The notes under the pieces: generated by a model
Told to the model about the DNA's origin: nothing
Databases searched by the model: none
The model's input: only the letters and a program-made list of their open reading frames with translations
Shown here: in pieces, positions 11,201 through 19,605 of the stretch
How positions within the stretch are numbered: the first letter of the stretch is position 1
Layout: every line of letters begins with the position of its first letter
Translations under genes and position numbers: made by a program
IMG/VR virus record: IMGVR_UViG_3300045988_138996
Coordinates: 165,775 to 229,774 of that record
Origin: a virus
DNA length: 64,000 nt
Direction: 5' to 3' (one strand)

Positions 11201-12508
11201 AAAGTCGATTTTGCTGCTTGGACTCGTGATGTATACGGTACTGAAATTGCTCGTATTAAAGACGATATGATGACAGCTCAAGAAACTGATGCTGCTATCG
11301 ATGCTAAATTAGCGACTAATCTTGAAACTCTTAAAGGCATTTTCCAAGTTAAAGGTAATTACTTAACTCGTGAAGATTTAACTAATACTCTTAAAGATGG
11401 TTACATCACTAAGAATGAATCCGATCGTTTATATCAAGGTGTAGGCAACTATGCGACTATTGAATATGTCGACGATCAAATCGGTAAAAATAAAGTTAAA
11501 ATCGACGAAGTTAATACGGCTATTGCTAATAAACTTGATGTAAGTGCTGCGACTAGCCTATATCAAACTAAAGGCGATTACGTATTACATAGCGAACTCG
11601 ATACATTAGCAACTACTCCGACTTTTGCAAATGCTATTAATACAGCTATTGTAGGTAAAGGTTATCTCGATAAAGAAACTGCCGATGGTTACTATGCTCC
11701 TAAAGGTCAATATGTAACGACTGAAAATATCGAAGATGCAATCGCTACGAGTGCTGCCGTTACGGCTAAACAAGATGCTCTTACTTTCGGTAATGGTTTA
11801 TCTTATGATGCCGATACAAAAACTTTGACAGCTACCGGTACTGGTGCTTCTGTTGACTTAACTCCTTATGCTAAGAAAGCTGAATCCGATGCTAAGTATG
11901 GTCCAAAAGATACTTTAACTGAAGATCAAAAAGGTGTAGTAGAATCTATCCTTCGTGATAAGAACTATGCTACAAATGCAGATCTTGGTAGCTATAGTGC
12001 AAGCATGGATACTAACATTGGTCAATTAAGAGCTAGTATCAATACTTTAAAAGATACTACTGTTCCAGCTATCGATACTCGTGTAACTGCATTAGAAGGC
12101 AAAGCTGCTCCTACAGATTTCACTGAAGATCAAAAGACTAAATTAAATGAAATCCTTACTGGCAAACATTATACAACTTCTGATGATATCGACAATGCTA
12201 AAGCTGAACTTAAAAATGAATTAGCTACTCAAGATTCTGTAACTCAACTTGCTAACCAAACTCTTACAACTGCTGAAGGTAAAGTTAATGAAGCTAAAGA
12301 AGCGTTGGAAGGCAAAATCACAGAATTGAAAAATACTGTAGATGAAATCCATGTTCCAGATTTAAGTGCTTACGAAACTCAAGCTCAAGCAGAAGCTAAA
12401 TATTTAAAACTTGAAGATATCGAAACTAAGTTAAAAGAAAAAGGCTTTATTACTCAAGCTGATTTACAACCTATTCTCGATGCAATTAAAGCATTAAAAG
12501 GTGAATAG
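8267..12508 (+). CDS. Giant (1413 aa) Ala/Lys/Glu/Thr-rich fibrous protein, probable long tail fibre or whisker
   Basis: aaggaga SD. Low-complexity coiled-coil composition. Recurrent YQPKGEY / YQTKGDY / YAPKGQY / FQVKGNY motif and KADxxALxxKAD repeats. Confidence 0.7.
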   Translation: MSKKIVTRAYFGLYNPARKGLTIDTDNNNTGSQPAVYNKAVENVTKQAAENKATSAANKALAEANQAAVAKVAADLAAKQAQDVITFLSKVEAAAQYQPKGEYITDAKVAEKITEAQGKADEAAAAKFATKAELETATGGVSAQDLKTLKDAIDLLKDNPDSIAEIAKKADKDKVYDKDAIDKLIKKLNDKDTDLEKAIAKAATADDVVKAAELTEKVKAIVDLTPFAKATEVEATYAKKSDLADKADKAVIETELAKKANASDLTPLATKEEVAAKADVTALATKADQTALDNLKAEADANKAAVTAEVAARKSADTLNDAKVQGIADDVSKIKIDAAQAKVENEKALSRKADQEAVNTALAEKATKAEAAEAKQAAVDAAKEAAKANTALEGKADATALEPLATKEALKAAKDELIQAVEAAKTVAEEAKAEAKTGEAVTEAKEKATAADAKAKEVEAALVNYVTKAVADETYQPKGEYATKAEVQAIGSLDPTTLQSLKDLAQQLAGQADLTTVLDKLNKVFTKDEVNEKLAAKADVTALEEYAEKNDVISKLKDKADKVQVAEDIEAAKAVADAAVREVNTTAQQAKAKATENATGLEEAKTKVEKAIEDLGKLTTKVNDLALNGGAGGSLDAQAVADKVKEVVDAIVAQEKYVGETKLNEKLADKADVSALTAVQVKADKNASDLLAKADVSALADKADKTVFEAKATELDTKLNTLETATVPNLIDTKLTAKLAGYQEKGEYVTKEAADRDYQPKGEYATAAALEEVKTKANANEALINGLDKDTLVHTTDLDTYAKAAKVTEDISAAVAGLGDVYVAKADADVFAKKADVTTEIGAKATEIKKYADDTFATKQQLDNATIAAGGSGLTQTQVEGIVDNKLGALKDAVQTIANIQSGVNDNKSSVESILAELAKKATKDELAGKVATTDFEDAKQTLNTAITAQENALAAAKTALEKAINDKSEEAAAAYQTKVDFAAWTRDVYGTEIARIKDDMMTAQETDAAIDAKLATNLETLKGIFQVKGNYLTREDLTNTLKDGYITKNESDRLYQGVGNYATIEYVDDQIGKNKVKIDEVNTAIANKLDVSAATSLYQTKGDYVLHSELDTLATTPTFANAINTAIVGKGYLDKETADGYYAPKGQYVTTENIEDAIATSAAVTAKQDALTFGNGLSYDADTKTLTATGTGASVDLTPYAKKAESDAKYGPKDTLTEDQKGVVESILRDKNYATNADLGSYSASMDTNIGQLRASINTLKDTTVPAIDTRVTALEGKAAPTDFTEDQKTKLNEILTGKHYTTSDDIDNAKAELKNELATQDSVTQLANQTLTTAEGKVNEAKEALEGKITELKNTVDEIHVPDLSAYETQAQAEAKYLKLEDIETKLKEKGFITQADLQPILDAIKALKGE

Positions 12509-12531
12509 TTTTTATTATATAGGGGAGAACA

Positions 12532-13059
12532 ATGAGATTAATAAATGCATTAGCATTGTTATATAATATTGCTCCTCAAGCAGTCGAAACTTTCTTAACG
12601 ATGTATACGATCATATTTTTTATGCTAATAATCGATACATTGTTAAGATTGTTCGCTCTTACTTTTTCGAAAAAACCTTTATGGCATTATCGAACTATTA
12701 TCGATGTATTTTGGGGAGGCTGGGGACAGCAAAAATCAAGCCGCGTATTTTATCGCGGCTTTCTCTTCAAATTATTCGAATATAGTGTTTTAAGTATTTT
12801 CGCATTTTTATTAGATGCAATTGTAATTCCGTCGACTATCCATATGCTATATTTTCAGGATGTATTCGATATTATTGCATGGATATGTTATGGTTATATA
12901 GTATTGACCGAGTTATTTAGTTTTAAAGAAAACATGAAATTAATTCGTTATAATAACGAAATTATTAATAGTCTTCCGAAAGACGTAATCGATCGCATTA
13001 CCGATGTCGACTTAAATGTTGTAAAGTTTAAATTACATGAGAAAAAAGGTAAGAAATAA
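12532..13059 (+). CDS. Multi-pass membrane protein, holin-like (Phage_holin_4/TcdE-like pattern)
   Basis: ggggaga SD. 3-4 hydrophobic segments. IIDTLLRLFA...SSRVFYRGFLFKLFEYSVLSIFAFLLD resembles the holin_4 pattern. Confidence 0.45.
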   Translation: MRLINALALLYNIAPQAVETFLTMYTIIFFMLIIDTLLRLFALTFSKKPLWHYRTIIDVFWGGWGQQKSSRVFYRGFLFKLFEYSVLSIFAFLLDAIVIPSTIHMLYFQDVFDIIAWICYGYIVLTELFSFKENMKLIRYNNEIINSLPKDVIDRITDVDLNVVKFKLHEKKGKK

Positions 13060-13060
13060 A

Positions 13061-13318
13061 ATGAGTAAAATATTTAAAATGATGCTATTTGAAAACGAAG
13101 GACTTAGTTACACACGCGTCATTTCTTTTACGTTATTATTGTTATTGGTCGGTGTTACGTTATACTTAGTAATTACAGGACATAATTGGCAACACTACGA
13201 TACGTTAGCTAATTTAACTGGTGGCGGTTCTGCTGCGACACAAATTGCTAATAAATTTATAAATAGTAAATATAATAGTGAAATCGGAACATATAAGGAA
13301 AAGAATGATGCCGAGTAA
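13061..13318 (+). CDS. Small single-pass membrane protein
   Basis: ATG lies 1 nt after the upstream stop (the ORF track's 13037 is an alternative start). One hydrophobic helix, ISFTLLLLLVGVTLYLVI. Confidence 0.5.
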   Translation: MSKIFKMMLFENEGLSYTRVISFTLLLLLVGVTLYLVITGHNWQHYDTLANLTGGGSAATQIANKFINSKYNSEIGTYKEKNDAE

Positions 13319-13928
13319 ATATTATATTAAATGGTTAGTACTATGCGGAGCTAATATGCTCTGCATGGTACTATGCTATTTAACAAATTGGTTCGTCGTA
13401 TTATTTGCTGATAAATATGGTAATTTGCCTAAAATATTTAAGCTATGGCAAACCTATGACAATTGTCTTGATATTGCTTGGATGATATATGAAGGCAATG
13501 TACCAAAGTTTGCGCGTTATGATTTTAATAAACATTATTTATATCATTACGAGAATAAAGGCGATGGATATATAATACCTGGATATGTCGATCTTATCGA
13601 CGAGGATTTTACGTTAAAAGAAAAATTCCAACGATATATATGTCGATGTGCTTGGTTATATCGTAATTGCGGATACGGATTTGCTTATTATATTTTCGGT
13701 AAATATGTACGTTATAACAACGTAAAGATAATCGTCGATCAAAAAGATTTTTTCTTTGCGATCGATGTTAAAAATAATATATTCTGTCTTAAAGACGATC
13801 GACAATGGTGTCGATACTTTAAGAAAAGTATATATTTAGGATATAAATTTGCAGGTATAAAAAATCGTAAATATCCGTTGCGATCTATGCTTGCTAATCG
13901 AATTAATCTATTTAGACTTGTTAAGTAA
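13305..13928 (+). CDS. Membrane-anchored protein, function unknown
   Basis: aaggaaaag SD before ATG 13305. N-terminal hydrophobic segment. Confidence 0.5.
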   Translation: MMPSKYYIKWLVLCGANMLCMVLCYLTNWFVVLFADKYGNLPKIFKLWQTYDNCLDIAWMIYEGNVPKFARYDFNKHYLYHYENKGDGYIIPGYVDLIDEDFTLKEKFQRYICRCAWLYRNCGYGFAYYIFGKYVRYNNVKIIVDQKDFFFAIDVKNNIFCLKDDRQWCRYFKKSIYLGYKFAGIKNRKYPLRSMLANRINLFRLVK

Positions 13929-13951
13929 TTAACAAGGGAAGGATTAATCAA

Positions 13952-15139
13952 GTGAATAAATTAAAAGTTGAATCTTTAAAGGTTAACGTATTAAAAGCGT
14001 TACAATTAAAAAAGGCAAAAGCCGATAATAAATATAAAGATGATCAGGTATATATTCAAGAACCTGACGAAATGATTCAGAATTTTGAAGATATTCAAAA
14101 TTTAAAAGAATCGAAACAAGATAAATTAAAAGCTGGTAATTCGATTACGATTAGCAGCGATAACGAAATTAATGCCGATATCGATTTAACTCCATATTAT
14201 ACGAAGACACAAACGGCTAAATTATTTATGGGTCGTGACGAAACGTATACTAAAGAGGAGATCGATGAAAGAACAGGTATTAACGGGCTTCTTGCTGGCA
14301 ATAATATTTCTATATTTGCTGAGGGCGGTCGCACAAAAATCGCTACGACAATTGCGTACAAGCTCAGAGATAAAGCAATGTCTATCGGTAATTCTATTTT
14401 GGGCCGTGGCACTTCCGTTGGCGTTAATGCTTCGGCAACTGGTAGCAACAGTGTTGCATTAGGCGCAGATTCGGTTGCTACGCAAGCCAATCAAGTATCT
14501 GTCGGCAACGATACGACTAAACGTATTATTAGTAATGTCGCAGACGGTATTGAAGCTAATGATGTGGTAACAGTAGGACAGTTAAATAAAAAATTAAGTT
14601 CAGCGCTCGATCAACTTAATCGATTAGCTAGTCAATTATATCCTGTTGGCTCTATTTATATGAACGTTAATAATGTCGATCCGGCAGCTATTTTTGGTGG
14701 CAGTTGGGAACGTATGCCTTCTGGCCGTATGCTAGTTAATAGTGGTAACGGTTTTAATCTTAACGAAGTTGGCGGCGAAAAAGAACATCGCTTAACGGAA
14801 GATGAACTAGCTTCTCATAGTCATAATGTTAATAATATTAATGGTAATACTACAAGTACAGCAAAATTAGTTGGCAAATTTTCTTCATCTATTAGACCAA
14901 ATGGAGACATAACAGATGTTTCATATAGAGATGGTTTTGGAATAGTTTCAAAAGAAAGTGAATATGGAATTCATGCTAAGGATGGTGGAATTTCTTCACC
15001 AGGACGAAATTATGTTATTGATGCTTCTCATAATCATACTATCAATTTAAATATAAATATGTTACCATCCGGTAAAAACCAACCTCATAATAATATGCCC
15101 CCGTATATCGTTGTTAATATGTGGAAACGTATAAGTTAA
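13952..15139 (+). CDS. Tail fibre with YadA-like (Hep_Hag/neck) repeats and a C-terminal phage tail-collar-type domain
   Basis: GTG start after aagggaagga. SIGNSILGRGTSVGVNASATGSNSVALGADSVATQANQVSVGNDTTKRIISNVADGIEANDVVTVGQLN matches adhesin head/neck repeats. LYPVGSIYMNV...FGGSWERMPSGRMLV...GGEKEHRLTEDELASHSHN matches the collar-domain pattern. Confidence 0.7.
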   Translation: MNKLKVESLKVNVLKALQLKKAKADNKYKDDQVYIQEPDEMIQNFEDIQNLKESKQDKLKAGNSITISSDNEINADIDLTPYYTKTQTAKLFMGRDETYTKEEIDERTGINGLLAGNNISIFAEGGRTKIATTIAYKLRDKAMSIGNSILGRGTSVGVNASATGSNSVALGADSVATQANQVSVGNDTTKRIISNVADGIEANDVVTVGQLNKKLSSALDQLNRLASQLYPVGSIYMNVNNVDPAAIFGGSWERMPSGRMLVNSGNGFNLNEVGGEKEHRLTEDELASHSHNVNNINGNTTSTAKLVGKFSSSIRPNGDITDVSYRDGFGIVSKESEYGIHAKDGGISSPGRNYVIDASHNHTINLNINMLPSGKNQPHNNMPPYIVVNMWKRIS

Positions 15140-15149
15140 GGAGATATAC

Positions 15150-16274
15150 ATGCCTGATCAAATACAAAATATTTCGAATGAAATTTTAGAATATAAAGAT
15201 AAAATTTTCTTTAAGATGTTTAGCGATATCTTAAAAGAAAAGAAAGCGCCTTTTCCTGAAAATATTGCGCATTATCTAAATTTGTTGATTTCGACTGTAG
15301 GAATAAGACCTGAAAGAATTATATTAGAATCTGTTAAAAAAGAAAATAATCAATATATCGTATCATTAAGAGGTCCATTCGATAGCTATATCGAAATTAA
15401 CGGTATTCCGACTCATTTTGATAATGAAGGTAATATAACTGATTTTAGCGTACCGATTTTGATTAAAGCAGACGATATTCTTAATTTCTATATTTCGGTC
15501 GTTAATTTTCCTTATAAAAAAGAAAAACCTGCTAGCTACACTAACAATAAAACAGTTCAAGATATGATTAATACTATCGAAATTTCCGATTTATTAGAAA
15601 CATATAATAAAATCGAAGAACCTGCTATCGGCGTATTAAAATATCTTAACAATATTGAAGCTACTTACGATGTAATACCTCATTGGATAAGTAAATTAGA
15701 CGCTCAAAATACTACAGGTAAGGGATTTATTAATTTTACAAATGGTTCAAATGTACCAATAAAAATAGTATTTAACAATCAGGAACATATTCTTTTAGAA
15801 AATAATTCTATCGATGTTCCATTTGATTTAGATGAATTTTTAGAAGTTTATAAAAATCCTGAATATAATCAAGTTCATATAAATAACTCAGAAGGAACAA
15901 ACGTATCGAATGTTCAAATCATGGATCTTTTAACTCAAGAAGAGTTAAATAATGTTCGATTAACTGTAAATACTGCTATCAATAGAACTAACGATCAAGA
16001 GTTCCCGGCAAGAATTAAACCAATTCTTGCTAATACTAAGTTTTTCGGCGAAGCCGGATACTATGTTAATTTCATGGGCTCCGTTATAAAAGTACCGTCT
16101 CAAACTGAAGCCAACGGTGGTATTCCAGTATCCAAGGCTGAAGTTTTAGCTATGGATGAAAATAATAAAAAACTATTTATTTGTGATAAAGATGGGAATA
16201 TGATTGGTAAATCAATTACTCCGACAACCTTTGTTACTAATAATGTAAAAACAATAAAAGCATTGATTAAATAA
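15150..16274 (+). CDS. Receptor-binding/fibre paralog 1 of 3 (conserved N-terminus, unique C-terminus)
   Basis: aaggaga SD. N-terminal ~90 aa shared with the 16288 and 17903 products (MPDxIQxIxNEI, APFPExI, Y(L/I)EING). Confidence 0.55.
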   Translation: MPDQIQNISNEILEYKDKIFFKMFSDILKEKKAPFPENIAHYLNLLISTVGIRPERIILESVKKENNQYIVSLRGPFDSYIEINGIPTHFDNEGNITDFSVPILIKADDILNFYISVVNFPYKKEKPASYTNNKTVQDMINTIEISDLLETYNKIEEPAIGVLKYLNNIEATYDVIPHWISKLDAQNTTGKGFINFTNGSNVPIKIVFNNQEHILLENNSIDVPFDLDEFLEVYKNPEYNQVHINNSEGTNVSNVQIMDLLTQEELNNVRLTVNTAINRTNDQEFPARIKPILANTKFFGEAGYYVNFMGSVIKVPSQTEANGGIPVSKAEVLAMDENNKKLFICDKDGNMIGKSITPTTFVTNNVKTIKALIK

Positions 16275-16287
16275 ATAAGGAGTATAC

Positions 16288-17868
16288 ATGCCTGATAATA
16301 AAATACAAGATATAGCTAACGAGATTACGGCTTACAAGCCGTATACATTATTTTCTTTGATGGAAAAATCTTTAAAAGAAAATAACGCTCCATTTCCAGA
16401 AGAAATTGAATATTATTTAAAGAAAATGATTAAATCAATTGGTATTGGCATCAACAGTCTTTTTATTAGCAATGTCGTTAAAAATGATAATAAATATACG
16501 TTTACTATTAGTACTCAACCATTTAGTTATTTAGAAATAAACGACGTTTCTCAAAATATTAAAGAAAATACTAGTATTACTGTTGAAGCCAACATCGACG
16601 AAGAAAATCCATTTCCGTATGTTAAATTTTTATGGGCTCCTAAGAATAAAAAATTACCTGAAGGATATCAAAAACCTGAAGATAGTGAATACTTAAAAAA
16701 TTGTACTAATAATTTTTCTTTAAATAAAGACGATGTTCATATTAACGACGTTGAAGTTGGTTATTTGTTATCTAGAAGTATATTCTCTACTTTTTTCCCG
16801 ACAAATAAACCATATGTATCTATTCCTAATGAAGATATAAGTAAAATAAAAATTAATAATCTTGCTCCGAATAAAAAATATAACATAAAAGGATTTAAAT
16901 TTACAGCCGATGAAAATGGCGAAGCAGTAATTAATGAAGCAACAAGCGTTGCCGAGAAGTTTAATGAACTTGTGACAAACGTTCCTGTTTCTTTTGACTA
17001 TGACGGTAAATTTAAAGATTATATCGATATTGCAACATATGCCGATATACCTATTACAATGGACCATTCAAAAGATAGTCTTCCATCGGTCTTTTATCGA
17101 GATTTCTTTCTTTATAATGGACTATTTGGCGATAGTGACAATTATTTACATCATATTGTAAATAATTATCATGAGCCATTAGAAATAGAATATCTAGGGG
17201 AAACAAAAATTATTCCTGTCGGACAAAATTCTGAAGAATTTAGTTCTAAAATTACTGCCGATCTTTTGTCAAAAATAAAACCAGATACAACTGAAATAAA
17301 GTTAAAAATTAAAAATAATTTTAATTATCCTTGGACAAAAGAAATTGAGCATCCTAATCAATATAATATTTTAGGCCAAAATTGTATTCGTAACCTTACT
17401 AGTCAATCTTATTTTTATTATGATTATTCTTTTGAAGAACTTAAAGCATTCAATTTTAATGGTAAATCTTGTAGTTTAGCAAAAAACGAATATGGATATC
17501 GCACAGATCTTGAAAGACAATTCTATACTGTCGATAATGTGTATAAAACTATTTCTGATACAGAAGCATCTGGAGCTGTCGATCTTCTTCCACCAGGGAA
17601 CTTACCAAGTCACACAGATAATTTAACTTTTGTTTTATGTGGAGATAAAACTTCTAGAACATCTAGAACATTTAATTTCTCCCAAGGGATAAAAACTATT
17701 AACTCGATTAAAGCTTATAAAAAAGATGGGAATTGTCATATTCTTTTAAATTATAATACGAATACACAAAATAATATAGAAGAAGATTTAGGTTTAGAGC
17801 GATTTTTGTTTACAGAATCTGAAGCGCTTCAAGCATCTGGTATTTTAATTGCGACAGAAGAATTTTGA
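16288..17868 (+). CDS. Receptor-binding/fibre paralog 2 of 3
   Basis: aaggag SD. Shared N-terminal module, unrelated 430-aa C-terminal part. Confidence 0.55.
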   Translation: MPDNKIQDIANEITAYKPYTLFSLMEKSLKENNAPFPEEIEYYLKKMIKSIGIGINSLFISNVVKNDNKYTFTISTQPFSYLEINDVSQNIKENTSITVEANIDEENPFPYVKFLWAPKNKKLPEGYQKPEDSEYLKNCTNNFSLNKDDVHINDVEVGYLLSRSIFSTFFPTNKPYVSIPNEDISKIKINNLAPNKKYNIKGFKFTADENGEAVINEATSVAEKFNELVTNVPVSFDYDGKFKDYIDIATYADIPITMDHSKDSLPSVFYRDFFLYNGLFGDSDNYLHHIVNNYHEPLEIEYLGETKIIPVGQNSEEFSSKITADLLSKIKPDTTEIKLKIKNNFNYPWTKEIEHPNQYNILGQNCIRNLTSQSYFYYDYSFEELKAFNFNGKSCSLAKNEYGYRTDLERQFYTVDNVYKTISDTEASGAVDLLPPGNLPSHTDNLTFVLCGDKTSRTSRTFNFSQGIKTINSIKAYKKDGNCHILLNYNTNTQNNIEEDLGLERFLFTESEALQASGILIATEEF

Positions 17869-17902
17869 CCATTTATAATATAAAATAAAAGGATAATTTA
17901 AT

Positions 17903-18994
17903 ATGTCTGAAAACAATCAAATTCAAGAAATTTCTAAATTAATAGCTTCATTATTTTCTCAAGGTTTTAAGCCAGAATTCGAGAAATTTTTAGCCGACAA
18001 AAACATTCCGTTTGCAAACCAAACAGATTTATATATACAACGATTATTTAATAGCGTATTAAATATCCCGAACGTTGAAATTATTTCTTACGACTTTAAT
18101 GGCTCTGATATTACAGTAAAATTATCTGGGCCTTTTAAATCTTATGCTAATATCAATGGTAAAGATGTTAATTTTGATAATAATGGAATTGCGACTACTG
18201 TTGTTAAAAATGCAAAAGTTTCCTCTCAAAATGAAATCTTTTTAAATTTATTAATTCAGTCTGCACCATTTAGAACAGAAAAAGATTCTTCTTTTGTTAT
18301 TGATTCTTTTTCTGCAGAAGAAGATATTGAGAGCAAAACTTTTGATCTTGCTTATGAAGAAGAAGATAGATTATATAAATTTTTAATTTCTAAAAAAATA
18401 TATAACGATAGTTTATCAAATATTCTTAGAGCCGAATTTTTAAATAATAAAATTATTGTTAAAAATACAGCGCCATTCGATATTTATGTTAACAATCAAA
18501 AGATTAAGAAAAATTCTAAAATAGAAATTCCACTTACTATTAAAAATTTATTAGATAGTAATAATACTTATTCTGGAACTATTTATGATTGGAACAATAA
18601 ACAGCTAATGGGCGATTACGGATCAATTATCTCGACACAAGCTTTTAGCGCAGATATAGAGCAAAAATTTAATGAATTATTTGACCGAACAAAAGATTAT
18701 AATCAAGATGGATTATATTTTGACAAAGATTCTGCTCTTAGAGATTATAATAGTTCTAAAATTAATTTTAAAAAGACTATTGAATTCAAAAATAATAATC
18801 CTATAAAATATCATATAATCGATCATTATGGAATAAAATCTGGTCAAGTAACTCCAGCAGATCTTAAAGATATTGTTGCTTATCAATGTCCATCTTCATT
18901 AGAAACATATTTTTATGATTCTACCGGTAAACAGAAATATATTGGAAATTTTGGCATCAATGATGGCTTTATTATTTTTGATGTAGGTGAATAA
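17903..18994 (+). CDS. Receptor-binding/fibre paralog 3 of 3
   Basis: aaagga SD. More diverged copy of the shared N-terminal module (NQIQEISKLI, IPFANQ, SYANINGK). Confidence 0.5.
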   Translation: MSENNQIQEISKLIASLFSQGFKPEFEKFLADKNIPFANQTDLYIQRLFNSVLNIPNVEIISYDFNGSDITVKLSGPFKSYANINGKDVNFDNNGIATTVVKNAKVSSQNEIFLNLLIQSAPFRTEKDSSFVIDSFSAEEDIESKTFDLAYEEEDRLYKFLISKKIYNDSLSNILRAEFLNNKIIVKNTAPFDIYVNNQKIKKNSKIEIPLTIKNLLDSNNTYSGTIYDWNNKQLMGDYGSIISTQAFSADIEQKFNELFDRTKDYNQDGLYFDKDSALRDYNSSKINFKKTIEFKNNNPIKYHIIDHYGIKSGQVTPADLKDIVAYQCPSSLETYFYDSTGKQKYIGNFGINDGFIIFDVGE

Positions 18995-18999
18995 TTTAT

Positions 19000-19593
19000 A
19001 TGACATACGAAGAACAATTAAAACAAGTTCGTGATAACGTTATTAAAAACGTATATCCGACTATTCAACAACAAGGTTCTTCGAACACCATGATTACTTT
19101 GCATTGGACAGCTGGTCATTACGACCAGTTGTTCGATGATTATCATATGTGTATCGATGGATCTGGTAATGTACATATAATGCAAGATTTAGATAATCGT
19201 GCTAGTCACTGTTATCGTGAAAACACAAATAACTTTGGTATTTCGGCGTGCTCTAATTATGGTTCCGAATTAAATGGCGACGGCTTTACAGGTTATTCCA
19301 CATACATACCAGGTTCTGAGCCTGTTAATGCATTACAACTCGAAGCAATGGCGACTGTTATATATTTATGTTGCGTATCTTGGTGTTTACCGTTAAGCCA
19401 AGTATTCACTCACGGTGAACGCTGTTTGGCACGTCAAGACTTATACGATTATCCGGCAGAACGTTGGGATCTTGATATACTCGTTCCAGAATGTCATACT
19501 CGTACTGAAGACGGTTTACATACTGCAGGCGGTAATTGGATTCGTAACCGTGCTCGTGAAATCGCTAAGATGAACGGAATTAATTATTTATAA
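19000..19593 (+). CDS. Probable N-acetylmuramoyl-L-alanine amidase (Amidase_2/PGRP-like)
   Basis: MITLHWTAGHYDQ, NNFGISAC and a VFTHGE-type His consistent with the Amidase_2 zinc ligand pattern. Lies next to fibre genes. Confidence 0.5.
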   Translation: MTYEEQLKQVRDNVIKNVYPTIQQQGSSNTMITLHWTAGHYDQLFDDYHMCIDGSGNVHIMQDLDNRASHCYRENTNNFGISACSNYGSELNGDGFTGYSTYIPGSEPVNALQLEAMATVIYLCCVSWCLPLSQVFTHGERCLARQDLYDYPAERWDLDILVPECHTRTEDGLHTAGGNWIRNRAREIAKMNGINYL

Positions 19594-19605
19594 TAAGGAG
19601 ACACT

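Noticed and set aside
14197-14490. Overlapping ORFs 14197-14490 (-) and 14235-14462 (+) inside the collar-domain fibre gene
   Set aside because: They are alternative-frame or antisense reads of the Gly/Ala/Ser-rich adhesin-repeat region. The main frame carries the recognisable motifs.
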